Of a stretch of DNA of 64,000 bases, positions 55,419 through 64,000 are shown piece by piece. The notes below the pieces were generated by a model. That model did not search any database and was not told where the DNA came from. It worked only from the letters and a program-made list of their open reading frames with translations. The DNA is from Candidatus Heimdallarchaeota archaeon (GTDB lineage: Archaea; Asgardarchaeota; Heimdallarchaeia; Heimdallarchaeales; Heimdallarchaeaceae). A program made the translations under genes and the position numbers. Numbering within the stretch: position 1 is the stretch's first letter; every line of letters starts with the position of its first letter. The stretch is from assembly GCA_016840095.1 (NCBI GenBank), contig JAEOSZ010000031.1, positions 64,001 to 128,000 of the forward strand. The letters run 5' to 3'.

Positions 55419-58400
55419 ATGCTGAAGAATAAGAAATTAGTATTTTACATTTTCCTAGTTTTAGTTCTGCTGCCATCTTCTTTATCTACAGCACAAACAA
55501 CTGAAACAGAAGAACTAATCTATCTTACCAATATCATAGATAATGGTGGGATACTAGAATCTGTTCCTTTGATAGACAATGAAGGTAATCTACATGCATT
55601 TGTACATGTAAGAAATTCTGAAAAAGATAGCTTAATCCATTTATCATTCCTTGATGGTGAGATTGAGATGGAAACTATTGAAGAACAAGCTTCAGGTCTT
55701 ACTATACATTATGCTTACACTTCTGATATTAATCTAGGTTTAGTTTACTCAATAGAAGATAATCTAGGTTCATTAACTTTTTATCATTTTATTGCTGGAA
55801 AATTTCTACATAACACATATGAATTCTTTTGGATATCAGGGAGTGATTATACTGGTGAATATGTAACATATTTTGAATTCCAATTCATAGATGGAATCCT
55901 TCATGGTTTTCATAACATGTGGGATCATATTGATAAGGTTAACATGACTATGTACCACTACTACGGCTTTTTGTCTTTTGACTCTGAAAGCTTCGAGTTA
56001 GATTATCCAGTACCATTTGTAACTGATACAATGGATATTACCTTAGATGAAACAGGTCAAATCTGGTATATTCATAGATTAGATCAATCTGCTTTTGGCA
56101 TCGGTACATATATTTTAGATAACAATACCATGTACATTCAACAAGATAGAACCTTCAGTAATGTTTTATCACCTGTTGAAAAAATAGATGTAAGAGCAAA
56201 TGCCAATGGTCTTTCTTATGTCTTTACGAATCCACTTTCCTTATACTGGGGTTCAATTAATAGTACAACAATTGAAGAAAATAAAATTACTACATTTTTT
56301 GATGATCCTATTGACTCATTTTATTTCAATAATGGTTTGGCACAATCAGTAATTATTGCTGATCAAGTTGATGATGATTACGTAAATCTTTACTTCTATC
56401 AATATGTAAGTGGGAATTGGAAATTCTCTTCAATAAACTCTCTGTATCAAATTACAGAAGAATCTTTTTCTATTTTTCTAACAGCAATAGACTATATTGT
56501 TCTTTATAACTTTGAAATCTCTACAGAGGATTTTAAACCTGGCCCCTCTCAAAAATATCGAGAAGAAGAAGCTTCTGGACTTTTCATACTTACATCTCTT
56601 TCATTTGATCTTGAAACGTATGCTGATGGATTAACTGCATATAATGTCATAAAAGAATTTTTCACTAAAAAATGGTATTTTCTATTAATTGCTATTATTG
56701 GTGTTGTACTGTTAGGTGTTATTATCTGGCTTTATTTAAGACGTAGAGGAGGAGATATTAAGGAGTTTTTAACCGATGAGCAGGTAGGACAACATCCAAA
56801 GATTATACTTGTTTTACTAAATATCTGGAGAAGAATTTCAAATGGTTTTAGTACAGTAACTACAATTTGGTTTTCAAACAAGAAGAGATCAATTCTTACT
56901 TTAGCAGGATTTGTTATAACCGGATATTTACTCTGTTCTGCAATAATTATAGCACAATCAGAAGAATCTGCAATGATTAAAGCTTATGATCGCGCATTTC
57001 CTCTTTTCTCAGATAAGCTTCCATCAGCTCAGCTAGAAACATCTTTTCAGTCAAGTTTTGTTGGAGGATTAAATGTATCTTCTTCTTATGGAACTGACGC
57101 AGAACAAGCAATACTGAATCTCTACGATGGATTAGTCATTGAGAAATATCTCTCCGGTGTTCAAACTAGTTATTGGACAAATACGAAAATTTATTCACCC
57201 TCATATCCCGTTTACCTATCATACCATTTTGTATCTCTACCAGATTCATGTGATGATTTTATTGATTCTATGTTAGTTGAAGGGAGAACACCAATAAATG
57301 ATTCAGAAGTTATATTGGAACAGAGGCTTGCAGATTTAACTCATACAAGTGTCAATGATACATTGAGCATAGTTGCTTCTACTGATAGTCCAGGAGATGT
57401 ACATAATTACCTCCTAAACACAACTGTTGTTGGAATTTATGCTCAAATAAATACAGCACAAGCAAAACGTACTGCAGCTTATTTTGGCGTCCCTTATGAT
57501 ATCTATACTCTTGCTTCAGATAATTCATACATTATTACTAAACAAAGTATCTTTTTTGATATCATTTCTAAAGGTGGAAAGATGAATCTTCTCCTAAGGG
57601 GATATTATCAACTGGAGATGAACTTCGATGAATTCAATGTTGCTGAAAGGAATGAAATATTAGCCGAGCAAGATATTTTAGCAGGAAGAGTGTTTTCATT
57701 TGCATTTGATGATTCATCAATTGTTAGAGTAAAAGATGAAATCGCGGATTTCTTTGAAGAGTTCAATACTTATTATCTTAATAATATGGCTCGATTATTG
57801 ATTTTTGCAATACCTGCAGTGCTACTATCAATTTTCATGGTATTTGAATCTTCAGAACTATTTTCTACTAGTTATGAGCAAGAAATGGAAATTATGAGAA
57901 GCAGGGGTATAAAAACGAGGAAGATTTTTTCTACTTACCTCGCAATAAGAGTTATCGAAATTATAATCGCAAGTTTATTTAGTTTTGCAATTGCAGTAGC
58001 AACGGCAGTTCCCCTAATTAGAATTAATGGTTTTATAAGATTCACAAATACTGATACTAACTTAACTATAGGAAATGTTCCAGGAATACTAGGAATAGTG
58101 ATTGCATTCTTATTCATAATTTCTATTCCAAGAATTATTATTCTAGTTAGGAGAAAGAAAAAGATCGAAAAAGCACCACCTGTGAAGAAGAAATCTCACA
58201 AGAGATTAGACAATAGAGGATTGGTAAAAGCTGCAGCAAAGACTACTAGCAAAGATATTGCAAAATCTTCTATTACAGGTGTAACAGAAATATCTGAAGA
58301 AACCGCACTAAATTCAGTTATTGCATTCTTCTCTATCATTATTAAGTACAAATTAATTTCTTGGAGAGATGTATTCTTCCTCATTTTGGGATCTGGAACA

Positions 58401-59765
58401 GTAGTCTTATTCTATAACCGTTCAGTTACTTCGTATTATGATGCAACTCAGGGGAGTTTTACTCTTAATCTCTTCTTAACAATAACTGGAGCAATAATTA
58501 TCTTGATGGGGGCATTGCCTTTCATAATCAAAGTTCTTGGACTAATATTGAGAGCAGTGAGTAATGTAGTTTGGAGAGCTAAGAAAAGTAAATTCAATTT
58601 CTCAATAGCTGAAATTGGAAAAGATATCAGGTACTTCGAAAATATCACTCTGATTTTCCTATTAGTTGTTCTAATTATAATACCTGTACTCATCGTACCT
58701 TATTCAAAAGAATCAACTCTGACAGAACAAGCTTATTTCATCAATGGTTCAGATGTTAAAATTGAAAATTGGGCAGATTTAGATGGAATTACAGAGGAAG
58801 ACATCAACGATTTGCCACAAGTGAAAGAGTATACTCACATTGAAGTTCATACTGTATACAATACGATGTTTAGGTATACGCGTTTAATTGTAGTAAATAC
58901 GACGTCATTCTTGGATACAGTAGAGATTCCTCCAGAATATATGTCAAATGTAAGGTGGAACCAAATTAAACAGCTTAATGCAAATACAACAATGGTATCA
59001 GAAGCAATGTATACAGATTATTATTTAGGATTAGGAGATAGATACGAATTCGCTCATCCGGATATACTAGGGTTAAGGCACTCTTTAACTGTTATTGCTC
59101 AATTTGATATGTTTCCGATGCATTATTTCGAAGAAGATTCTGATGATAGGGAATATACAATGATTATGTCGACAGAAGCTTTTGAAATCTTAGAAGACAT
59201 CATAGTCAGAAGATTAAAAACTAGTGATGAAATAATAATAAAAACCCAAAACAGCATAGCTGCACAAACAGTTAAAAATAAACTATTTGAAGAAGACCCA
59301 GATATCAAGGCTAAAACAATTGAAGATGTAAAAGATAGTCTGAAAACACCTTTGTATAACATCTTCATTATAGAAATGATTCTATCACTTTTTGTAGCCT
59401 TAGTTGTATTAATGTTTTCAACATTTACAACAGCAATAAAGATTCTTGAGAAACGTGTAATAAAACACGATATTATGAAAAAGATGGGAATAAACACAAC
59501 GAAAATAATTAACATGACGACGATTCAAACGACAATAGCAGCAATCGTTCCTGCATTAATATTAGGAGCAGCAGGAGGAATAGTAGCTGTAAATCCAACA
59601 TTGAAACAATTAGAATATGGAGCACAACAGTTCTCGATGCATGTGAATTATCCTGTAGTGATGTTAGTAGTTTTATTCGTAGGAATACCCTCACTGATAT
59701 ACATAAGTCTAAGGTTTATCCTGAAACGGGAATTTGCAAAATATGCACCAACTATGATGGAGTAG
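55419..59765 (+). CDS. large FtsX/MacB-type ABC permease with an extra N-terminal extracellular beta-rich domain
   Basis: Signal peptide, about 390 aa beta-rich domain, TM, then two FtsX halves (EGRTP....EVIL, EMEIMRSRG, GSDV, IMKKMG). Confidence 0.85.
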   Translation: MLKNKKLVFYIFLVLVLLPSSLSTAQTTETEELIYLTNIIDNGGILESVPLIDNEGNLHAFVHVRNSEKDSLIHLSFLDGEIEMETIEEQASGLTIHYAYTSDINLGLVYSIEDNLGSLTFYHFIAGKFLHNTYEFFWISGSDYTGEYVTYFEFQFIDGILHGFHNMWDHIDKVNMTMYHYYGFLSFDSESFELDYPVPFVTDTMDITLDETGQIWYIHRLDQSAFGIGTYILDNNTMYIQQDRTFSNVLSPVEKIDVRANANGLSYVFTNPLSLYWGSINSTTIEENKITTFFDDPIDSFYFNNGLAQSVIIADQVDDDYVNLYFYQYVSGNWKFSSINSLYQITEESFSIFLTAIDYIVLYNFEISTEDFKPGPSQKYREEEASGLFILTSLSFDLETYADGLTAYNVIKEFFTKKWYFLLIAIIGVVLLGVIIWLYLRRRGGDIKEFLTDEQVGQHPKIILVLLNIWRRISNGFSTVTTIWFSNKKRSILTLAGFVITGYLLCSAIIIAQSEESAMIKAYDRAFPLFSDKLPSAQLETSFQSSFVGGLNVSSSYGTDAEQAILNLYDGLVIEKYLSGVQTSYWTNTKIYSPSYPVYLSYHFVSLPDSCDDFIDSMLVEGRTPINDSEVILEQRLADLTHTSVNDTLSIVASTDSPGDVHNYLLNTTVVGIYAQINTAQAKRTAAYFGVPYDIYTLASDNSYIITKQSIFFDIISKGGKMNLLLRGYYQLEMNFDEFNVAERNEILAEQDILAGRVFSFAFDDSSIVRVKDEIADFFEEFNTYYLNNMARLLIFAIPAVLLSIFMVFESSELFSTSYEQEMEIMRSRGIKTRKIFSTYLAIRVIEIIIASLFSFAIAVATAVPLIRINGFIRFTNTDTNLTIGNVPGILGIVIAFLFIISIPRIIILVRRKKKIEKAPPVKKKSHKRLDNRGLVKAAAKTTSKDIAKSSITGVTEISEETALNSVIAFFSIIIKYKLISWRDVFFLILGSGTVVLFYNRSVTSYYDATQGSFTLNLFLTITGAIIILMGALPFIIKVLGLILRAVSNVVWRAKKSKFNFSIAEIGKDIRYFENITLIFLLVVLIIIPVLIVPYSKESTLTEQAYFINGSDVKIENWADLDGITEEDINDLPQVKEYTHIEVHTVYNTMFRYTRLIVVNTTSFLDTVEIPPEYMSNVRWNQIKQLNANTTMVSEAMYTDYYLGLGDRYEFAHPDILGLRHSLTVIAQFDMFPMHYFEEDSDDREYTMIMSTEAFEILEDIIVRRLKTSDEIIIKTQNSIAAQTVKNKLFEEDPDIKAKTIEDVKDSLKTPLYNIFIIEMILSLFVALVVLMFSTFTTAIKILEKRVIKHDIMKKMGINTTKIINMTTIQTTIAAIVPALILGAAGGIVAVNPTLKQLEYGAQQFSMHVNYPVVMLVVLFVGIPSLIYISLRFILKREFAKYAPTMME

Positions 59766-59769
59766 AAAA

Positions 59770-61530
59770 ATGATAATAACAAAAGACCTGATAAAAGTGT
59801 ACTATGACCCTTTAACAGAAGTAAAGGTTTCTGCTTTAAGGGGATTAGATCTTTATGTGAAGGAAGGCGAAGTAGCTAGTATCATTGGGCCATCAGGTGC
59901 AGGTAAAAGTACTCTAGTTAAGATTCTTTCAGGATTGGATAAACCTAGTGGAGGGACTATCTATGTCGATGATATCAATATAGCTGAACTGGGAGAAAAA
60001 CAAATGAGGGAATTCAGGTACTATAGAATGGGGATAATAAACCAATTTGTAGGACAAAATCTACTTTCATCATTGACTTTAGAGAAAAATATTCTTCTCC
60101 CTATGAAAATGCGATATACAGCTAGAGAAAAAGCAAAGAGAGAGACTGATGAGCTCATAAAAATGCTTAATCTAGAAAAAATTAGAATGAACCCTATAAC
60201 AAAAGTCTCAGGGGGAGAAGCTGTAAGAGCAAGCATAGGTGTAGCAATTGCTAAAAAACCAAGAATTTTACTGGCTGATGAACCCACAGGACAATTAGAT
60301 ACAGCTAACACAAATGACATCATCGAAACATTCCGTGATTTGAATGAAAATTATGGTACTACAATACTAGTTGTTACTCATGACCTTAGATTCAGAAACG
60401 CTTTCAAGAAAAGTTACATAATTCGAGATGGACGTCTTGTAGGAGTGAATACTGATCTAGACAGAAGTGAACTAGAGTTTATTGTTCGTCCCCAGGAATC
60501 ATCACTTCAATCCATTATTGATAGTTCTCAATTTATACGTGTTCCTGATGAAGTATACATTACTGGAAATTACAAACATATCGCAGAATTTGACATTCAT
60601 CCCTCGAAGAAATTTTCAATTATTTACAATCCTGATGAAATTAATGCTACTGAAATTTATGATATAATGAAGCAAACTGATGACGATAAAGTTAATGATC
60701 ACATTCATGAAAATAACAATAGAACAAACATTCCTTTCAGTGAAGTCCAACCAATTTTAGAGCAACAATTCGAATATCCTAAAGCTTCTGAGGAGATTAT
60801 CGAAGTAAAACATCTCAACAAGTCATTTCCTGCTGGAAGGATAAAGAACGATGTTCTGAAGGATTTATCATTCACTATTAATCAAGGGGATTTTGTAGTT
60901 TTTTCAGGAAAATCTGGAGCAGGTAAAACTACTCTAATGAATGTAGTTTCTGGTGTTGAAGACCCAGATGAAGGAAGTATTAAGATTAAGGATTTTGATA
61001 TTGTGAATAACAATCAAAAAGAGATTGATGATTTCCGATTTCATGAAATCGCTATGATTAGTCAGGTTAATAATTTATTCACTCAATATACCGTTGAGGA
61101 AAATATGTTTATTCCTAGGTTGTTCAATGATAGGTCAAATGATCTTACTAGGGATATTTATGATATTGCTAAGAATGTTGAGATAGATCACAGAATTTCT
61201 GCTTATGCTGCAGAGTTATCTGCTGGAGAAAAGCAAAGGGCTGCATTATCTGTTGCCTTAGCTAGAAAAGCTCCAATTATCTTTGCTGATGAACCTAGTG
61301 CAAATCTTGACTCAAGGCTAGCTCGAAATATAGTTACTCTTCTTATGGAAACAGCTGTAAAATTTGGAACAACAGTAATAATGAGTACTCATGATTTATC
61401 TTTAATCCGACCTGGTTTTAGATTAATCCGTCTTGAGAATGGAAGAATAATCGAAGATATGAGAGTTACACCAGATAAACTAAGAGGGATAATAGAAGAC
61501 TACTTGGGAGTTGAAATTGCAGATGACTAA
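59770..61530 (+). CDS. ABC transporter ATP-binding protein with two LolD/MacB-type ATPase domains
   Basis: GPSGAGKS / VSGGE / ADEPTG / VTHD and GKSGAGKT / LSAGE / ADEPSA / STHD. Confidence 0.92.
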   Translation: MIITKDLIKVYYDPLTEVKVSALRGLDLYVKEGEVASIIGPSGAGKSTLVKILSGLDKPSGGTIYVDDINIAELGEKQMREFRYYRMGIINQFVGQNLLSSLTLEKNILLPMKMRYTAREKAKRETDELIKMLNLEKIRMNPITKVSGGEAVRASIGVAIAKKPRILLADEPTGQLDTANTNDIIETFRDLNENYGTTILVVTHDLRFRNAFKKSYIIRDGRLVGVNTDLDRSELEFIVRPQESSLQSIIDSSQFIRVPDEVYITGNYKHIAEFDIHPSKKFSIIYNPDEINATEIYDIMKQTDDDKVNDHIHENNNRTNIPFSEVQPILEQQFEYPKASEEIIEVKHLNKSFPAGRIKNDVLKDLSFTINQGDFVVFSGKSGAGKTTLMNVVSGVEDPDEGSIKIKDFDIVNNNQKEIDDFRFHEIAMISQVNNLFTQYTVEENMFIPRLFNDRSNDLTRDIYDIAKNVEIDHRISAYAAELSAGEKQRAALSVALARKAPIIFADEPSANLDSRLARNIVTLLMETAVKFGTTVIMSTHDLSLIRPGFRLIRLENGRIIEDMRVTPDKLRGIIEDYLGVEIADD

Positions 61531-61550
61531 AATCTTCTGCACTATTCTTT

Positions 61551-62297
61551 TCATTTAATTTTTATATCTGCAATAGAGTCAACTATGACATCAGCATGCT
61601 GGAAATCTTTTTCTTCAGCTTTTCCTGAAAGAACTCCAATACAAGCTAAAGCTCCGGCATTTCTCCCCATAAGTAAGTCACGATCATCATCTCCAACAAC
61701 AATGGATTTTGTTATATCTACTTCAAGAATTTTGCATCCATATTGGAGCATATCTGGTGCAGGTTTAGCTTGATAAGGAGAGTCAATGTCTAATCCATAT
61801 ATTAAATTGAAATAGTCAAACAATCCTGCACTTGCTAGTTGTTTGGATGCCGGCTCAGTGCTATCATGTGTAGAAACCATCAACTTGACTCCTTTATCCC
61901 GTAGATTGTCCAGAAGAGAGCCAACACCTTCGAAAGCTTCAACATATTCAGTGAAATCTACTAGATGATCTACTTCATCAAAAAGTTCTGCTACTTCCTC
62001 AACAGAAGAATTAATGGAAAATGTGCGGAGATATTCTCGAGTTCTTTTGATTATTTCAACTCGTTCGATGTGAATAGGACCTTTTTGAATTATCTCTTTT
62101 GTTTCAGGATTTAGTCCCATTAGAGAAAGCAAATCATTATAATTCTCTTGTTTAAGCCTATATTTTTCCAACAACAACTCTGCTCTTTTCTTCATAACTG
62201 GCTTATACATATTGAGTGTTAGTAATGTGCCGTCTTTATCAAAACAGATAATTTCTACATCTTCAAACTTCTTATCTCCACAGATTATGGTGACCAT
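61551..62297 (-). CDS. HAD family hydrolase (phosphoglycolate phosphatase-like)
   Basis: FDKDGTL, STHD, KPAP, VGDDDRD. Confidence 0.92.
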   Translation of the reverse strand: MVTIICGDKKFEDVEIICFDKDGTLLTLNMYKPVMKKRAELLLEKYRLKQENYNDLLSLMGLNPETKEIIQKGPIHIERVEIIKRTREYLRTFSINSSVEEVAELFDEVDHLVDFTEYVEAFEGVGSLLDNLRDKGVKLMVSTHDSTEPASKQLASAGLFDYFNLIYGLDIDSPYQAKPAPDMLQYGCKILEVDITKSIVVGDDDRDLLMGRNAGALACIGVLSGKAEEKDFQHADVIVDSIADIKIK

Positions 62298-62358
62298 ATA
62301 AGTGAAGAAAACAATATGTGTTTAATAACTTTACGTAATCATGGTAAATGGAGAGATA

Positions 62359-64000
62359 TTAGGATTCTTCTATTCTTTCTTTAAGCTCTTCAAGCTCTTT
62401 TGTTCTGTCACTTATTTCTTCTTTAAGAGATTTAATAGCAGCATCCAAATTCTCTATCTCTAAATTGATTTTACTTGCTTTCTTGTACTCTTCTTCTTGA
62501 TCAATGCTTGATATTAGAGTTTTCTGTATATCAAGTTCAACATCTAGTTCTTTGTAAAGAATTTCCAACTGCTGATTCTTCAAATCAGATTCTTTTTGAG
62601 ATCTTGTAAGAGCTCGTTTTTCGTTTTCCAAATCTTCAAGAAGTTCAGTTAATTCCAGTTTTGTTTTCTCAAGTTTCTCAAGATCTTTCTTCATACATTC
62701 TTGACAGTAATCAACATCTTTTTCGAGTTTCTCGATTTCTTTTTCAGTCTTCTTTCTTTTTTTCTCATCAGTTTCAGAAGTAAGTAGTTTCTTTAGCTCT
62801 GAAATCTTCTCTGTATCTTCAGCTACTTGTTTTTCAAGTTCAGAAATATCATTTTGAAGTTCTTGGATGTCTTTTTCGATCTTGCTAATTTGCTTATTTG
62901 TTTTTTCAATTCTATCCTTAAGATCATCCATTTCTTTATTCTTTTCCTCAGTTTTATCTTTGAGTTGATCAATTTGTTCTTTTAGATTATCAATTTCCTG
63001 TCTTATTTCTGCTAGTCTATTTGCATCCTTTTGGACATCAACTGTATCCTTGAGATTCTTTTCTTTCTCTAATTTTGCTTCTAGATCTTTGTATAAACCT
63101 TGGATAAATTGCTCCTTCCTATCCTTTTCTTCAATAATTTCTTTATGTCTAAGTTTATCATCTTCGATTTTCAATTTTAGATTCTTGAGCTCATCTTGTT
63201 TTTCAATAAGCTTGAGTTGTGATGTCTCTTTCTGAACTTCCAATTCATCTATTTCCTTAGTTAGTTCAGTTATTTTATCTTCATCCTTCTCATCCTCTCC
63301 CTCTAAAAGAGTCTTTTTCACATCTTTATCTCTGATACGTTTATCGAGTTCTTTGACATTTTCACGTTTGAGTCTGAGTTCTTTTTTAACTAAATCTATC
63401 ATCGTTTCTTCTGAATTAATTTTTTCATCGATTTTATCTTTTTCTTCAGCTCTCAAATCCCTTTCTATTTCGTTCTTCTTGATATCAGTTGTTAATTCCT
63501 CAATTTCTTTCTGAATTTTCTCAACTTCTTTAATCTCATCAGAAGAAGCACCTAATAAAATACTTAGCTCTCTTTGTTTCAGAAGTTTTTCTTCCATCTC
63601 ATCAATGAGTTTCTTTAGTTCCCTTTCGTTAAGTCGAATATCTCTCTCAACCAAATCGATTCTTCCGATATCAATAAGTTTACCAATTTTAGTTATGTAT
63701 TTCCTAATTGAATCAATCTGGAGCTCTCCTTTCTCAAGTGCTTTCTTAAAGAAAAGAGCTAGATTAGTATTTTCACCAATTTTGATTATTAGAACATCAG
63801 TATCTTCTGTGTCAAATAGAATCTGGTTGTATTCTTTGATTTTGTAATTAGATAAATCATACAATTTTTTGAAAGTTGAAAGAATATTAGCTAACCCTTC
63901 CCCAACTTTAGGAATATTAACTGATTCCTCAAATTGCTCAAAAGTTGTTTGATAGACTGTACCATCATTATAAAACATAACAACATGTTCAACTTCTGGA
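62359..64000 (-). CDS. roadblock/longin-like N-terminal domain plus long repetitive coiled coil, 5'-truncated
   Basis: Frame is open to the window end (PEVEHVVMFYNDG...); about 430 aa of E/K-rich heptads in about 85-aa repeats. Confidence 0.75.
   Translation of the reverse strand, partial: PEVEHVVMFYNDGTVYQTTFEQFEESVNIPKVGEGLANILSTFKKLYDLSNYKIKEYNQILFDTEDTDVLIIKIGENTNLALFFKKALEKGELQIDSIRKYITKIGKLIDIGRIDLVERDIRLNERELKKLIDEMEEKLLKQRELSILLGASSDEIKEVEKIQKEIEELTTDIKKNEIERDLRAEEKDKIDEKINSEETMIDLVKKELRLKRENVKELDKRIRDKDVKKTLLEGEDEKDEDKITELTKEIDELEVQKETSQLKLIEKQDELKNLKLKIEDDKLRHKEIIEEKDRKEQFIQGLYKDLEAKLEKEKNLKDTVDVQKDANRLAEIRQEIDNLKEQIDQLKDKTEEKNKEMDDLKDRIEKTNKQISKIEKDIQELQNDISELEKQVAEDTEKISELKKLLTSETDEKKRKKTEKEIEKLEKDVDYCQECMKKDLEKLEKTKLELTELLEDLENEKRALTRSQKESDLKNQQLEILYKELDVELDIQKTLISSIDQEEEYKKASKINLEIENLDAAIKSLKEEISDRTKELEELKERIEES

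Noticed and set aside
988-63847. Numerous 60-150 aa ORFs antisense to or nested in longer genes (for example 5773-6030, 9133-9519, 19607-20041, 26455-26907, 43392-43730, 59123-59515)
   Set aside because: They overlap well-supported genes, have the Ser/Ile/Phe-rich composition typical of shadow frames, and show no motifs.
1-64000. tRNA, rRNA or CRISPR array
   Set aside because: Intergenic gaps are short and AT-rich; I saw no GC-rich cloverleaf, regularly spaced repeats or cas genes.
62359-64000. Rad50/SMC with a zinc hook (CQEC)
   Set aside because: No C-terminal signature or Walker B half; the CxxC is not CPxC and the coil is repetitive.

Overview
AT-rich, gene-dense archaeal chromosome segment, most likely from an Asgard archaeon of Heimdallarchaeia type. 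This is inferred from archaeal housekeeping genes (LonB, class I CCA enzyme, archaemetzincin, the rnz/DUF54/thpR/cca neighbourhood) together with several eukaryote-signature-like proteins. About 63 CDSs; I saw no rRNA, tRNA or CRISPR array. Main observations: (1) the 5'-truncated first ORF aligns by eye with ARPC4, the p20 subunit of the eukaryotic Arp2/3 complex; (2) a catalytically degenerate NAD-kinase domain fused to a winged HTH lies head-to-head with nadA-nadC, with a palindrome between them, suggesting an NAD(P)-sensing regulator; (3) a small GTPase, two unknown ORFs and a minimal serine recombinase follow, with a 38-bp double-dyad site (GACCTT-N6-AAGGTC-GC-GACCTT-N6-AAGGTT) just before the recombinase ATG; (4) several apparent pseudoenzymes: a CCA-adding enzyme missing two catalytic carboxylates, IscS missing the PLP lysine, and an OsmC duplicate missing the resolving Cys; (5) a CpaM plus fused HgcAB-like corrinoid/ferredoxin pair, divergent from a radical SAM enzyme and a SAM by-product deaminase; (6) unusual fusions: RHH-RHH-C2H2-acidic tail, REC plus longin/uDENN-like domain, EamA plus Lrp/AsnC RAM domain, and a roadblock-like domain plus about 85-aa coiled-coil repeats. 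All homology calls come from motif recognition by eye; no searches were run.
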